A stretch of DNA of 64,000 bases from an uncultured Acidimicrobiaceae bacterium. GTDB taxonomy: Bacteria; Actinomycetota; Acidimicrobiia; Acidimicrobiales; RAAP-2. Position numbers and translations under genes: made by a program. The notes under the pieces were generated by a model. That model did not search any database, was not told the DNA's origin, and saw only the letters and a list, made by a program, of their open reading frames with translations. Shown here piece by piece: positions 29,199 to 37,951 of this stretch (the stretch's first letter is position 1; each line of letters opens with the position of its first letter). The stretch is from positions 98,321 through 162,320 of the forward strand of contig CAWFTV010000015.1 in assembly GCA_963818915.1 (NCBI GenBank), in the 5' to 3' direction.

Positions 29199-30539
29199 AT
29201 GGCAGGTTTCGTCGATCAGGCTCAACTCCACGCGCGTGCCGGCGACGGGGGCGCAGGAGCGGTGTCGTGGCGGCGGGAGGCCCACGTCGACCGGGGAGGT
29301 CCCGACGGCGGGGATGGCGGCCATGGCGGGGACGTCTGGCTCGTGGCCTCGGTCAACCAATCCTCCCTGCTGGGCTTTCGTGACCACCCCTTCCGGCGGG
29401 CCACCGACGGTGGGCACGGCTCGGGGCAGAAGAAGCACGGGGCCCGGGGCAAGGACATCATCGTCCCTGTCCCGGTCGGGACGGTCGTCATCGACGCCGA
29501 CGGCGCCGTCCAGTGCGATCTCTCGGGTGACGGCGACCGCTTCCTGATCGCCGAGGGCGGGCAGGGCGGCCGGGGCAACGCGCGGTTCCTTTCCAACCGG
29601 CGCCGCGCCCCCGCCTTCGCCGAGCAGGGGGAGAAGGGCCAGGAGCGCTGGCTGGACATGGAGCTCAAGCTGATGGCGGACGTGGCGCTGGTCGGCTTCC
29701 CCAACGCGGGCAAGTCCACCCTCATCTCCACCGTCTCGGCGGCCAAGCCCAAGATCGCCGACTACCCGTTCACCACCCTGGTGCCCCACTTGGGCGTGGT
29801 GCGGGTCGGTGGGACGCGGGACGGCACCGAGTTCGTGATGGCCGACATCCCCGGGCTGGTCGAGGGTGCCGCGGCGGGCAAGGGACTCGGTGACCGCTTC
29901 CTGCGCCACATCGAGCGGGCGCGGGTCCTGGTGGTCCTGATCGACCTCGACCCGATGGCCGTCCACACACCGGCCGAGCAGCTGCGCATCCTCCTCGGCG
30001 AGCTCGGTGACTACCAGGCCGAACTGTTGGAGCGCCCCCGTCTGATCGTGGGGAGCAAGCAGGACCTCTCGCCGGACGCCGGGACCGCGCGAGAGGCCGA
30101 CACGGACACGGACACGGACACGGACACGGCCGAGGCCGGGGCCATCGAGTGCGACCTGGTCCTCTCCGCCGCCACCGGGGCCGGGGTGCAGACGCTGGTC
30201 GACCGCCTGGCGGTGTTGGTCCAGGAAGTCCGTGCGGCCGCCGCGGTCGAAGCCACCGGGGCCATCGTGATCCACCGGCCGGTGCCCGAGGGCGTCGATG
30301 TGCAGCGGCTGGGGCCGGGCGCCTGGCGCGTGGTCGGGCGGGTGGCCGAGCGGGCGGTGGCCTTCTCGGACCTGAACGACGTCGGCGCCCTCGACGAGGC
30401 CGTCAAGCGCCTGCGGCGTCTGGGGGTCGATCGCGCCCTGACCCGGGCCGGCGTGCGCGACGGTGACGAGGTCACGGTGGGCAGCATGACCTTCGTCTGG
30501 GGCGAGCCAGTGAGCACCCTCGCCGGGGGCGAGCCATGA
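29199..30539 (+). CDS. obgE: GTPase Obg
   Basis: MAGFVDQAQLHARAGDGGAGAVSWRREAHVDRGGPDGGDGGHGGDVWLVA...VALVGFPNAGKSTLIS...DIPGLVEGAA. The ATG at 29199 lies inside the longer track ORF 28773..30539. Confidence 0.93.
   Translation: MAGFVDQAQLHARAGDGGAGAVSWRREAHVDRGGPDGGDGGHGGDVWLVASVNQSSLLGFRDHPFRRATDGGHGSGQKKHGARGKDIIVPVPVGTVVIDADGAVQCDLSGDGDRFLIAEGGQGGRGNARFLSNRRRAPAFAEQGEKGQERWLDMELKLMADVALVGFPNAGKSTLISTVSAAKPKIADYPFTTLVPHLGVVRVGGTRDGTEFVMADIPGLVEGAAAGKGLGDRFLRHIERARVLVVLIDLDPMAVHTPAEQLRILLGELGDYQAELLERPRLIVGSKQDLSPDAGTAREADTDTDTDTDTAEAGAIECDLVLSAATGAGVQTLVDRLAVLVQEVRAAAAVEATGAIVIHRPVPEGVDVQRLGPGAWRVVGRVAERAVAFSDLNDVGALDEAVKRLRRLGVDRALTRAGVRDGDEVTVGSMTFVWGEPVSTLAGGEP
30099..30128 (+). repeat. 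hexanucleotide microsatellite (gacacg)x5 in the obg linker, encoding (DT)5
   Basis: It was read directly. The protein segment is EADTDTDTDTDTAEAG. Confidence 0.9.
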
Positions 30540-30596
30540 GCACCCTCGCCGGGGGCGAGCCATGAGCACCCTCGCCGGGGGCGAGCCATGAGCACC
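30501..30596 (+). repeat. 26/27-nt tandem repeat, about 3.6 copies, spanning the obg stop and the proB start
   Basis: Units ggcgagcca(g)tgagcaccctcgccggg begin at 30501 (27 nt), 30528, 30554 and 30580 (partial). Each full unit contains an ATGA stop/start overlap. Confidence 0.95.
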
Positions 30597-31661
30597 GTCG
30601 TGGTGAAGGTGGGGTCGTCGTCGGTCACCCCCGCCACCGTGGACCGACTGTGCAGCGATATTGCCCACGCCCGCATCGCCGGTCACACCGTCGTCGTGGT
30701 GACGTCGGGCGCCATCGCCGCCGGGTGGGCGGCGCTCGGGCGGGGCGAGAAGCGGCCGGCCGACCCGGCCGTGCTCCAGGCCGTCTCCGCCGTCGGCCAG
30801 CACCGCCTCATGCGCACCTGGCAGGAGGGGCTGGACCCGCACGGGATCCTGGCCGGCCAGGTCCTGCTGGCGCCGCTGGACTTCGTCCACCGCACCCAGT
30901 ACCTGCACGCCCGGGGGACGCTGGACCATCTCATCGAGCTCGCCGTGGTCCCGGTGGTCAACGAGAACGACGCCGTGGCCGACGAGGAGATCCGTTTCGG
31001 CGACAACGACCGCCTGGCTGCGCTGGTGGCACACCTGGTGCGAGCCGACCTCCTCTTGCTCCTGACCGATGCGCCCGGGTTGCTCACCGCGGATCCACGC
31101 CAGTTCGCCGAGGCCTCGCTCATCGATGAGGTAGTGGAGATCGACCAGCATCTCGAGGAGATGGCGGGCGGCCCCGGCAGCGAGGTCGGGAGCGGCGGGA
31201 TGGCCTCGAAGGTGGCCGCGGCCAAAATTGCCACCTGGTCGGGGGTGGAGACCGTCATCGCCGACGCCGGTCGACCCGGCGTCGTGTCGGCCGCCGTGGC
31301 CGGCGAGGCCGGCGTGGGCACCGTGTTCCGGGCCCGGCCCCACCGCCTCTCGGCCCGCAAGCTGTGGATCGCCTTCGCCCTCGGCGCCGCGGGCCGTCTC
31401 GTGGTCGACGAGGGGGCCCACCAGGCCCTCGCCGTTGGCGGGCGCTCGCTGCTCTCCGCCGGCGTGGTGGCGACAGAGGGCGATTTCGGGCTCGACGACG
31501 CCGTGGAGATCGTCGGGCCGGACGGCAAGGTCTTCGCCAAGGGCCTGGTCCGTCTGCGGGCGGCACGGGCGTCGGAATGGGTCGGGCGCCGTTCCGACCA
31601 GCTGCCCGAGGACATGTCCCACCTGGTCGTGCATCGGGACGACCTGGTGCTTGTACGCTGA
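30588..31661 (+). CDS. proB: glutamate 5-kinase (with C-terminal PUA domain)
   Basis: VVVKVGSSSVT...VVVVTSGAIAAG...NENDAVADEEIRFGDNDRLAALVA...SGGMASKVAAAKIA. Confidence 0.95.
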   Translation: MSTVVVKVGSSSVTPATVDRLCSDIAHARIAGHTVVVVTSGAIAAGWAALGRGEKRPADPAVLQAVSAVGQHRLMRTWQEGLDPHGILAGQVLLAPLDFVHRTQYLHARGTLDHLIELAVVPVVNENDAVADEEIRFGDNDRLAALVAHLVRADLLLLLTDAPGLLTADPRQFAEASLIDEVVEIDQHLEEMAGGPGSEVGSGGMASKVAAAKIATWSGVETVIADAGRPGVVSAAVAGEAGVGTVFRARPHRLSARKLWIAFALGAAGRLVVDEGAHQALAVGGRSLLSAGVVATEGDFGLDDAVEIVGPDGKVFAKGLVRLRAARASEWVGRRSDQLPEDMSHLVVHRDDLVLVR

Positions 31662-31665
31662 TCCG

Positions 31666-32919
31666 GTGACCACGCCGGATCTCACGGAGTTGGCGCGCCG
31701 CGTCCGCGCCGCCTCGAGGTCCGTGGCGCGCGCCCCGGGACCGGTGCGCGACGACGCCCTGCGCATGGCGGCCGACCTGCTCGAGCAGGAGTCGGCGGCG
31801 GTGCTGGAGGCCAACCGGGGTGACCTCGCCCGCGCCGAGTCCGGCGGCATGGCGGCGTCCGCCCAGGATCGCCTGCGGCTGAACGACGCTCGCATCAGCG
31901 CGATGGCGGCCGGGCTCCGGGGGGTGGCCTCCCTGGCCGACCCGGTGGGCGAGGTCGTCGACGGGTGGGTGCGGCCGAACGGCCTGCGGGTGTCGCGCCA
32001 GCGGGTGCCGTTGGGCGTGGTGGGTGTGATCTACGAGAACCGCCCCAACGTGACGAGCGACGCCGCCGGGCTGTGCCTCAAGGCGGGGAACGCGGCATTC
32101 CTGCGCGGCTCGGCCTCGGCCCTGGCCTCGAACCAGGCCATCGTGGGCATCCTGCGGCGTGCCGTGGAGAAGGCGGGCCTGCCCGCCGACGCCGTGGCCC
32201 TGGTGGAGGACACCTCGCACGAGACCGCCGTCGCCTTCATGCGCCTGCGGGGTCTCATCGACTGCCTCATCCCCCGGGGCGGCCCGGCCCTCATCGCCTC
32301 GCTCCTGGAGAACGCCACCGTCCCGTACGTGCTCGACGGGGACGGCAACTGCCACGTCTACATCGATGCGGCAGCCGATCTCTCCATGGCGCTGGACATC
32401 GTGGTGAACGCCAAGACACACCGGTTCGGGGTGTGCAACGCGGCGGAGACGATCCTGGTGCACGCCGCCGTGGCGCCGGCGTTCCTGCCCGCCATGTCGT
32501 CGGCCCTGGTGGCCGCCGGCGTGGAGCTGCGGGGCGACGAACGGGTCCGGGCCGTGGTGCCCGGCGCCGGCGTGGCGAGCGAGGACGACTTCGCCACCGA
32601 GTTCCTGGGCCCGACCGTGGCCGTCGGCGTGGTCGACGATCTGGAGGGGGCGATCGAGCACATCACCCGCTTCAGCTCCGGGCATTCCGAGGCGATCGTG
32701 ACCACTGACGTGCGGGCGGCCGACCGCTTCGTGGCGGAGGTCGACGCGGCGGCGGTGCTCGTCAACGCCTCCACTCGCTTCATAGATGGTGAGGAGCTCG
32801 GCCTCGGGGCCGAGGTGGGAATTTCGACGCAGAAGCTGCATGCACGAGGACCGATGGGAGTACGGGAGTTGACCAGCGTGAAATGGGTTGTACGGGGCGA
32901 TGGGCAGGTGCGCCAGTGA
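31666..32919 (+). CDS. proA: glutamate-5-semialdehyde dehydrogenase (gamma-glutamyl phosphate reductase)
   Basis: VPLGVVGVIYENRPNVTSDAAGLCLKAGNAAFLRGS...CNAAETILVH...HSEAIVT...NASTRFIDGEELGLGAEVGISTQKLHARGPMG. The in-frame GTG at 31666 lies 4 nt after the proB stop. Confidence 0.93.
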   Translation: MTTPDLTELARRVRAASRSVARAPGPVRDDALRMAADLLEQESAAVLEANRGDLARAESGGMAASAQDRLRLNDARISAMAAGLRGVASLADPVGEVVDGWVRPNGLRVSRQRVPLGVVGVIYENRPNVTSDAAGLCLKAGNAAFLRGSASALASNQAIVGILRRAVEKAGLPADAVALVEDTSHETAVAFMRLRGLIDCLIPRGGPALIASLLENATVPYVLDGDGNCHVYIDAAADLSMALDIVVNAKTHRFGVCNAAETILVHAAVAPAFLPAMSSALVAAGVELRGDERVRAVVPGAGVASEDDFATEFLGPTVAVGVVDDLEGAIEHITRFSSGHSEAIVTTDVRAADRFVAEVDAAAVLVNASTRFIDGEELGLGAEVGISTQKLHARGPMGVRELTSVKWVVRGDGQVRQ

Positions 32920-33947
32920 GCGCGGGCGCAGGGGCCGCCAAGAAAACGGCGGGGACGGCGGCCAAAACGGCGGGAACGGCCGACGACGCCCGGACCGCGG
33001 CCAAGCTCGGCCTCCCGGCGGGCGAACCACCCCGGTTCGACTCGCTCGACGGCGTCCGCCACGGCTTGGCCGATGTCGGCTACCTGGCCGACGAGTCGAT
33101 CAGCGGGGTCGTCTATCTCGCCGACCGCCTGTCCAAGCCGGTCCTGGTGGAGGGTCCGGCGGGTACGGGCAAGACGCAGCTGGCCAAGTCGGTGGCCGAG
33201 CTGGCCGGCGCCCGGCTGATCCGCCTCCAGTGCTACGAGGGGTTGGACGAGTCCAAGGCCCTCTACGAGTGGAACTACCGCAAGCAGCTCCTGCGTATCC
33301 AGGCCGGCGGGCCCGGCGAGACCGAGAGTGGCGGCGCCGCCGCCGATGGCGCCGGTGCCAGCGGCCGCCGCGGCCCGTCGTGGAAGGAGCTGGAGGAGGA
33401 CATCTTCTCCGAGGAGTTCCTGCTGGCCCGCCCCCTGCTCGAGGCCATCCGTTCCACCGAGCCGGTGGTGCTGCTGATCGACGAGGTGGACCGGGTCGAG
33501 CTGGAGACCGAGGCCCTGCTGCTCGAGATCCTCAGCGAATACCAGGTCTCGATACCCGAGCTGGGCACCGTGCGGGCGACGCGCCTGCCCATGGTCTTCT
33601 TGACCTCGAACAACACCCGGGAGCTCTCCGAGGCCCTCAAGCGCCGCTGCCTCTACCTGCACATCGACTACCCCGATCTCGATCGCGAGCGTGAGATCGT
33701 ACGGTCGAGAGTGCCCGGCATCACCGAGGAGCTGGCCGATCAGGTCGCCCGCATCGTGCGTTCGCTGCGCACCCTGGAGCTGCGCAAGCCCCCGTCGGTC
33801 TCCGAGACCCTCGACTGGGCGCGCACCCTGGTCATCCTCGGCATCGACACCATCGATGCCGCGGGCGCCCGCGACACCCTGCACATCTTGTTGAAGTACC
33901 AGACCGATATCGAGCGGGCCGCCAAGGAACTGCTCTCGGCCGGTTGA
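32916..33947 (+). CDS. MoxR/CoxD-like AAA+ ATPase (AAA_5 type)
   Basis: The Walker A motif is VLVEGPAGTGKTQLAKS. Also present are RLQCYEGLDESKALYEWNY and the Walker B motif VVLLIDEVDR. The GTG at 32916 forms a GTGA overlap with the proA stop. Confidence 0.85.
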   Translation: MSAGAGAAKKTAGTAAKTAGTADDARTAAKLGLPAGEPPRFDSLDGVRHGLADVGYLADESISGVVYLADRLSKPVLVEGPAGTGKTQLAKSVAELAGARLIRLQCYEGLDESKALYEWNYRKQLLRIQAGGPGETESGGAAADGAGASGRRGPSWKELEEDIFSEEFLLARPLLEAIRSTEPVVLLIDEVDRVELETEALLLEILSEYQVSIPELGTVRATRLPMVFLTSNNTRELSEALKRRCLYLHIDYPDLDREREIVRSRVPGITEELADQVARIVRSLRTLELRKPPSVSETLDWARTLVILGIDTIDAAGARDTLHILLKYQTDIERAAKELLSAG

Positions 33948-33981
33948 GGACGGGGCGAGGGCCGATGCGGGGCGCACGCTG

Positions 33982-35439
33982 ATGCTGGATCTTTTGTCGG
34001 GCTTTGTCACCGAGCTGCGCCGGGCGGGCCTGCCCGTCTCTTTGACCGAGCACCTCGATGCGGCCGAGGCCGTCCACCACATCCCCCTGGAGGACCGCGA
34101 GGCGCTCAAATACGCCCTGGCCGCCACTCTGGTCAAGTCCTCCTCGCACTGGCGCGCCTTCGAGACGGCGTTCGAGGTCTTCTTCGCCGTGCGCACCGGA
34201 GGCCACGGCATCGCGGGGGAGCTCGACGCCGACGGGAACGAAATCGGCGAGGACGGCGAGGGCGCCGGTGCCGGCGAGGGAGGCACGCGGGGCCGGGGGA
34301 GGTCCCCGCACGGCGCCGGCGGCGGGGACGGGATGACGCCCGAGGAGTTGGCGGAGATGCTCTTCAAGTCGCTGCTCTCCGCCGACAACGCCCTCATGAA
34401 CGCGGTGGCCCGGGGGGCGGTCGACCGCTATGCCGGCATGGAGCCGGGGCGACCGGTCGGGGGCACCTACTACCTCTACCGGACCCTGCGGAACCTGGAC
34501 CTCGATGGCATGCTGGCCAAACTGATGAGCGAGGCCCGGTCGGGGGCGGTGGGGGAGCTGACCGACCTGGAGGAGCGCCTGGTCGGCGACGAGTACAAGG
34601 CCCGGATCGAGAAGTTCCGCCGGGCCGTCGAATCCGAGATCCGGCGCCGGTTGGTCGAGGACCGGGGCGCCGAGGCGCTGGCCCGTTCGGTGCGCAAGCC
34701 GCTGCCCGAGGACATCGATGTGATGCACGCCACGAGGGACGAGCTGGCCGTCCTCCACCGCGTCCTCCAACCGCTCTCACGCAAGCTGGCCGTGCGGCTG
34801 GCCCGCAAGCGCCGGCACGGCCGCAAGGGCCCCCTCGACTTCCGGGCCACCATGCGCCGATCGCTCTCGACGGGCGGTGTCCCGATCGAGCCCCGCTTCC
34901 GCCATCCGCGGCCGGCCAAGCCCGAGATCTTCGTGATCGCGGACATCTCCGGCTCGGTGGCCTCGTTCGCCCGTTTCACCCTCCACCTCGTCTACGCCAT
35001 CAGCTCGCAGTTCTCCAAGGTGCGCAGCTTCGTCTTCGTCGACGGGATCGACGAGGTGACCCGCTTCTTCGAGGGCGTGGTGGACCCGGCGGAAGCGGTG
35101 GCCCGCATCAACTCGGAGGCCGACGTCATCTGGGTCGACGGCCACTCCGACTACGGACATGCGCTGACCGAGTTCCACCGGCGCTGGGGCGACCAGGTGA
35201 CCTCGCGCTCCAGCATCTTGCTGCTGGGGGATGCCCGCAACAACTATCACGCCTCGCAGTCGTGGGTCATCGAGGACCTCCAGCGCAAGGCCCGCCACGT
35301 GTACTGGCTCAACCCCGAGCCACGTGACTACTGGGGATCGGGCGATTCCATTGTGGGCGAGTACGCCGCCCACTGCGACGAGGTGGTCGAATGCCGGACG
35401 CTGCGCCAGCTGGAGCACTTCGTCGGCAACTTGGCATGA
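33982..35439 (+). CDS. VWA domain protein, CoxE-like
   Basis: The C-terminal VWA/MIDAS region is FVIADISGSVASFARF...SSILLLGDARNNY...WLNPEPRDYWGSGDS, as in CoxE-family partners of MoxR/CoxD ATPases. Confidence 0.82.
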   Translation: MLDLLSGFVTELRRAGLPVSLTEHLDAAEAVHHIPLEDREALKYALAATLVKSSSHWRAFETAFEVFFAVRTGGHGIAGELDADGNEIGEDGEGAGAGEGGTRGRGRSPHGAGGGDGMTPEELAEMLFKSLLSADNALMNAVARGAVDRYAGMEPGRPVGGTYYLYRTLRNLDLDGMLAKLMSEARSGAVGELTDLEERLVGDEYKARIEKFRRAVESEIRRRLVEDRGAEALARSVRKPLPEDIDVMHATRDELAVLHRVLQPLSRKLAVRLARKRRHGRKGPLDFRATMRRSLSTGGVPIEPRFRHPRPAKPEIFVIADISGSVASFARFTLHLVYAISSQFSKVRSFVFVDGIDEVTRFFEGVVDPAEAVARINSEADVIWVDGHSDYGHALTEFHRRWGDQVTSRSSILLLGDARNNYHASQSWVIEDLQRKARHVYWLNPEPRDYWGSGDSIVGEYAAHCDEVVECRTLRQLEHFVGNLA

Positions 35440-35554
35440 CGGGGCCACCGGTCGGCCGGCCGGCCGGCGTGGCGCGGGCGGCCCGGCGGCCGCCGGGGAC
35501 GAGGGTGCCGCGGCGGAACTGGGGGCGTCGGCGGAACTGGGGGAGTCGTTCGGC

Positions 35555-36238
35555 GTGCCTGCCGGGGTCCGGCGCATCGTCGCCCCGACGGCCGGCGCCA
35601 GCCGGGTCGTACTCGTTCGCCACGGGGAGGCGGTCTGCAACCTCAACGGCATCGTCGGCGGCGTCCGCGGCTGCACCGGTCTCACCGGGTTGGGCCGGCG
35701 CCAGGTCTCGGCGCTGGCGGCGCGCCTGGAACGGACCGGCGAGTTGACGGGGGCGACCGCGCTCTACGCCTCGGTCCTGCCCCGGGCGGTCGAGACGGCT
35801 GAGATCCTCCGGCCGGTGGTGGGCGACGGGAAGCTGGACGTCGTGGAGGAGTGCGACCTGTGCGAGCTGCACCCGGGCGAGTCCGATGGGCTGAGCTGGC
35901 AGGAGGTGGTCGACCGCTTCGGGGTGCCCGAGTGGGACACCGACCCCGACGCCCTGATCGCGCCGGGGGGTGAGAGTTGGTCCGCCTTCGTCCCCCGCGC
36001 CGCGGCGGCCGTACGGGCGCTGGCCTTGCGGCACCCGGGCGAGCTGGTGGTGGCCGCCGTCCACGCTGGGGTGATCGAGTCCACCATGATCTCGTTCTTG
36101 GCGATCCCACCCACGGTGTCGCGACGGGGCTGGACGCGCATTGTGCACGCGTCGCTGACCGAGTGGGAATGGGTCCCGACCGAGTCGCGCTGGGTACTCA
36201 TCCGGTTCAACGATGCCTGCGGCATCCCGACGGAGTAA
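35555..36238 (+). CDS. histidine phosphatase family protein (phosphoglycerate-mutase-like)
   Basis: RVVLVRHGEAVCN is the RHG catalytic motif. Also present are LTGLGRRQVSALA and VAAVHAGVI. The GTG at 35555 is the first start codon in this frame after the upstream gene ends. Confidence 0.8.
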   Translation: MPAGVRRIVAPTAGASRVVLVRHGEAVCNLNGIVGGVRGCTGLTGLGRRQVSALAARLERTGELTGATALYASVLPRAVETAEILRPVVGDGKLDVVEECDLCELHPGESDGLSWQEVVDRFGVPEWDTDPDALIAPGGESWSAFVPRAAAAVRALALRHPGELVVAAVHAGVIESTMISFLAIPPTVSRRGWTRIVHASLTEWEWVPTESRWVLIRFNDACGIPTE

Positions 36239-36246
36239 GGCCGGCC

Positions 36247-37951
36247 TCAACAGGCGTAGTCGCCGTCGGCCCCGTTTGTGTTGTCGCTGTACTGGACGAA
36301 TTCGACCGGTCCCGTCGGCAGCTGCTCCTTGGCCTGCCAGCCGGAGACGGCGGCGCACGTCGATGGACCGCTCGGAGGGGTGAGCCAGTCGGCCATCCAG
36401 TAGGGGACCGAAGGCTGGTAGTTGCCGACGATGGTGTTCCACGTCCCCGGACTGGCATAGATCCCCACGTCGGCCACGCCCTCGGTGTTGTGCAGCGCAT
36501 CGATGGCGCCCAGCACGGTCTGGGCGTTCTGGGCCGTGGACGATGTCCAGTACTGCCCCGCTCCCTCGACGTCGAGCCACCAGCCGACCGAGGTGTTCAC
36601 GCCGGCCGCCTGGGCATCCTCGAACGCCTGGATCCCGGCGTCGTACCCGACGGTGAAGCAGGTGGAGGTGCTGGTGCACAGCCCGCTGTTGGTGAGGAAC
36701 GTGTAGAGGTTGAGTCCCGCGCCGGCCCAGGCTGCCTCCGCCGCCATGCAGGGGTTGGCGTCGCCGGATGACACGCCGTCGACCTCCACGACGCCGATGT
36801 CATGCACGCCGGTGGGCAGCCCGGTGGTGCAGGCCGGCGAGTTCATATTGAACTTGGAGACGTCGTAGCCGTACGAGCCCGAAACGAACTTCGCCCCGAC
36901 GAAGGTGCCCGTCCCGGTGGCCTCGGCCATGCCCACTATGGGGGAGCCGAGCCCCGGAGGAGCGGAGCCGTAATAGGCGGCCGAGCCGAATGCCGACACC
37001 TCGCCGGTGCTGTCGCTGAACCAGTAACCGGTGTCGCCCGGGGTGACGGCGGCGGCGGCGATCGGGTTCTTGAGGGGGATGGCGCCCAACGAGCCGTAAA
37101 AGGGGGCCGTCCCGAAGGTGAACGTCCCCCCGTCCGACGCCACCAGGACATAGCCGGCGCCGCTCGGTCCGGCCATCATGCCGACGATGGGCTTGTTGAG
37201 GTGGATGGCCCCGGTCGAGCCGTAGAAATTGGCGTCGCCGAAGCTGAAGATGCCGCCGTCGGAGGCCACCAGCCAGTAGCCCTTGCCGTCCGGCGTCGCC
37301 GCCATGCCGACGATGGGCTTGATTGAGACGGATGGCCCCGGTCGAGCCGTAGAAGGTGGCGTCACCGAAGGTGAAGATGCCGCCGTCGGCCGCCACCAGC
37401 CAGTAGCCCTTGCCGTCCGGCGTGGATGCCATGCCGACGATGGGCTTATTGAGACGGATACCACCGGTCGAGCCGTAGAAGGTGGCGTCACCGAAGCTGA
37501 AGATGCCGCCGTCGGAGGCCACCAGCCAGTACCCCTGCCGATCGGGCGTGGCCGCCATCCCGACCACGGGCCGGACCAGGGGCAGCGCGCCGGCGGAGCC
37601 GAAGAAGGGCGCTCCGCCGAAGGTGTAGACCCCCCCGGTGGCGGAGGCCAGCCAGTAGCCGGGCACGGAGGACGAGGTCGCGGCGGGCGTCGCCGCCGGG
37701 GCTTGTGCGGCCGCCGACGTAGTCGTCGTCGTGGGGGCGGCCGTCGTGGGTGTGGTGGTCGTCGGGCTGGTCGAGGGGCCGGTGGTCGGCGTCCCGGTGG
37801 TCGGCGTCCCGGTGGTCGGCGATGTGGCTGTGGTGGTCGTCGTCGTGGCGGCGCCGGCTCCGCCGACACCCGTCAGCGCAGCCGGGGCGACCACGATGCA
37901 GGCGCCAACCGCCAGCAGTGCAGCACGCCGCAGCGTGCGCAGAACCCTCAC
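36247..37951 (-). CDS. secreted protein: signal peptide, Thr/Pro linker, about 6 propeller-type 42-aa repeats, C-terminal GH25/DUF1906-like glycoside-hydrolase-like domain; reading frame broken by one extra base at about 37321
   Basis: The upstream frame (part of track ORF 36800..38380) gives (M)[27 protein letters not shown]...[35 protein letters not shown]...GAIRLNQ. The downstream frame (track ORF 36247..37869) continues [34 protein letters not shown]... and ends with GYDVSKFN...WWLDVEGAG...[14 protein letters not shown]...YWMADW. The start GTG overlaps the DAHP synthase stop (GTGA). Confidence 0.75.

Noticed and set aside
29184-31895. 903-aa minus-strand ORF, and the similar 31255..33030 and 32358..34397 minus ORFs
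   Set aside because: They are antisense to obg, proB, proA and the MoxR gene, all of which have strong motif support on the plus strand.
35511-35546. 18-bp tandem duplication (cggcggaactggggg + 3 nt, x2) upstream of the histidine phosphatase gene
   Set aside because: It has only two copies and no symmetry or obvious binding-site character, so it is probably a neutral slippage duplication.
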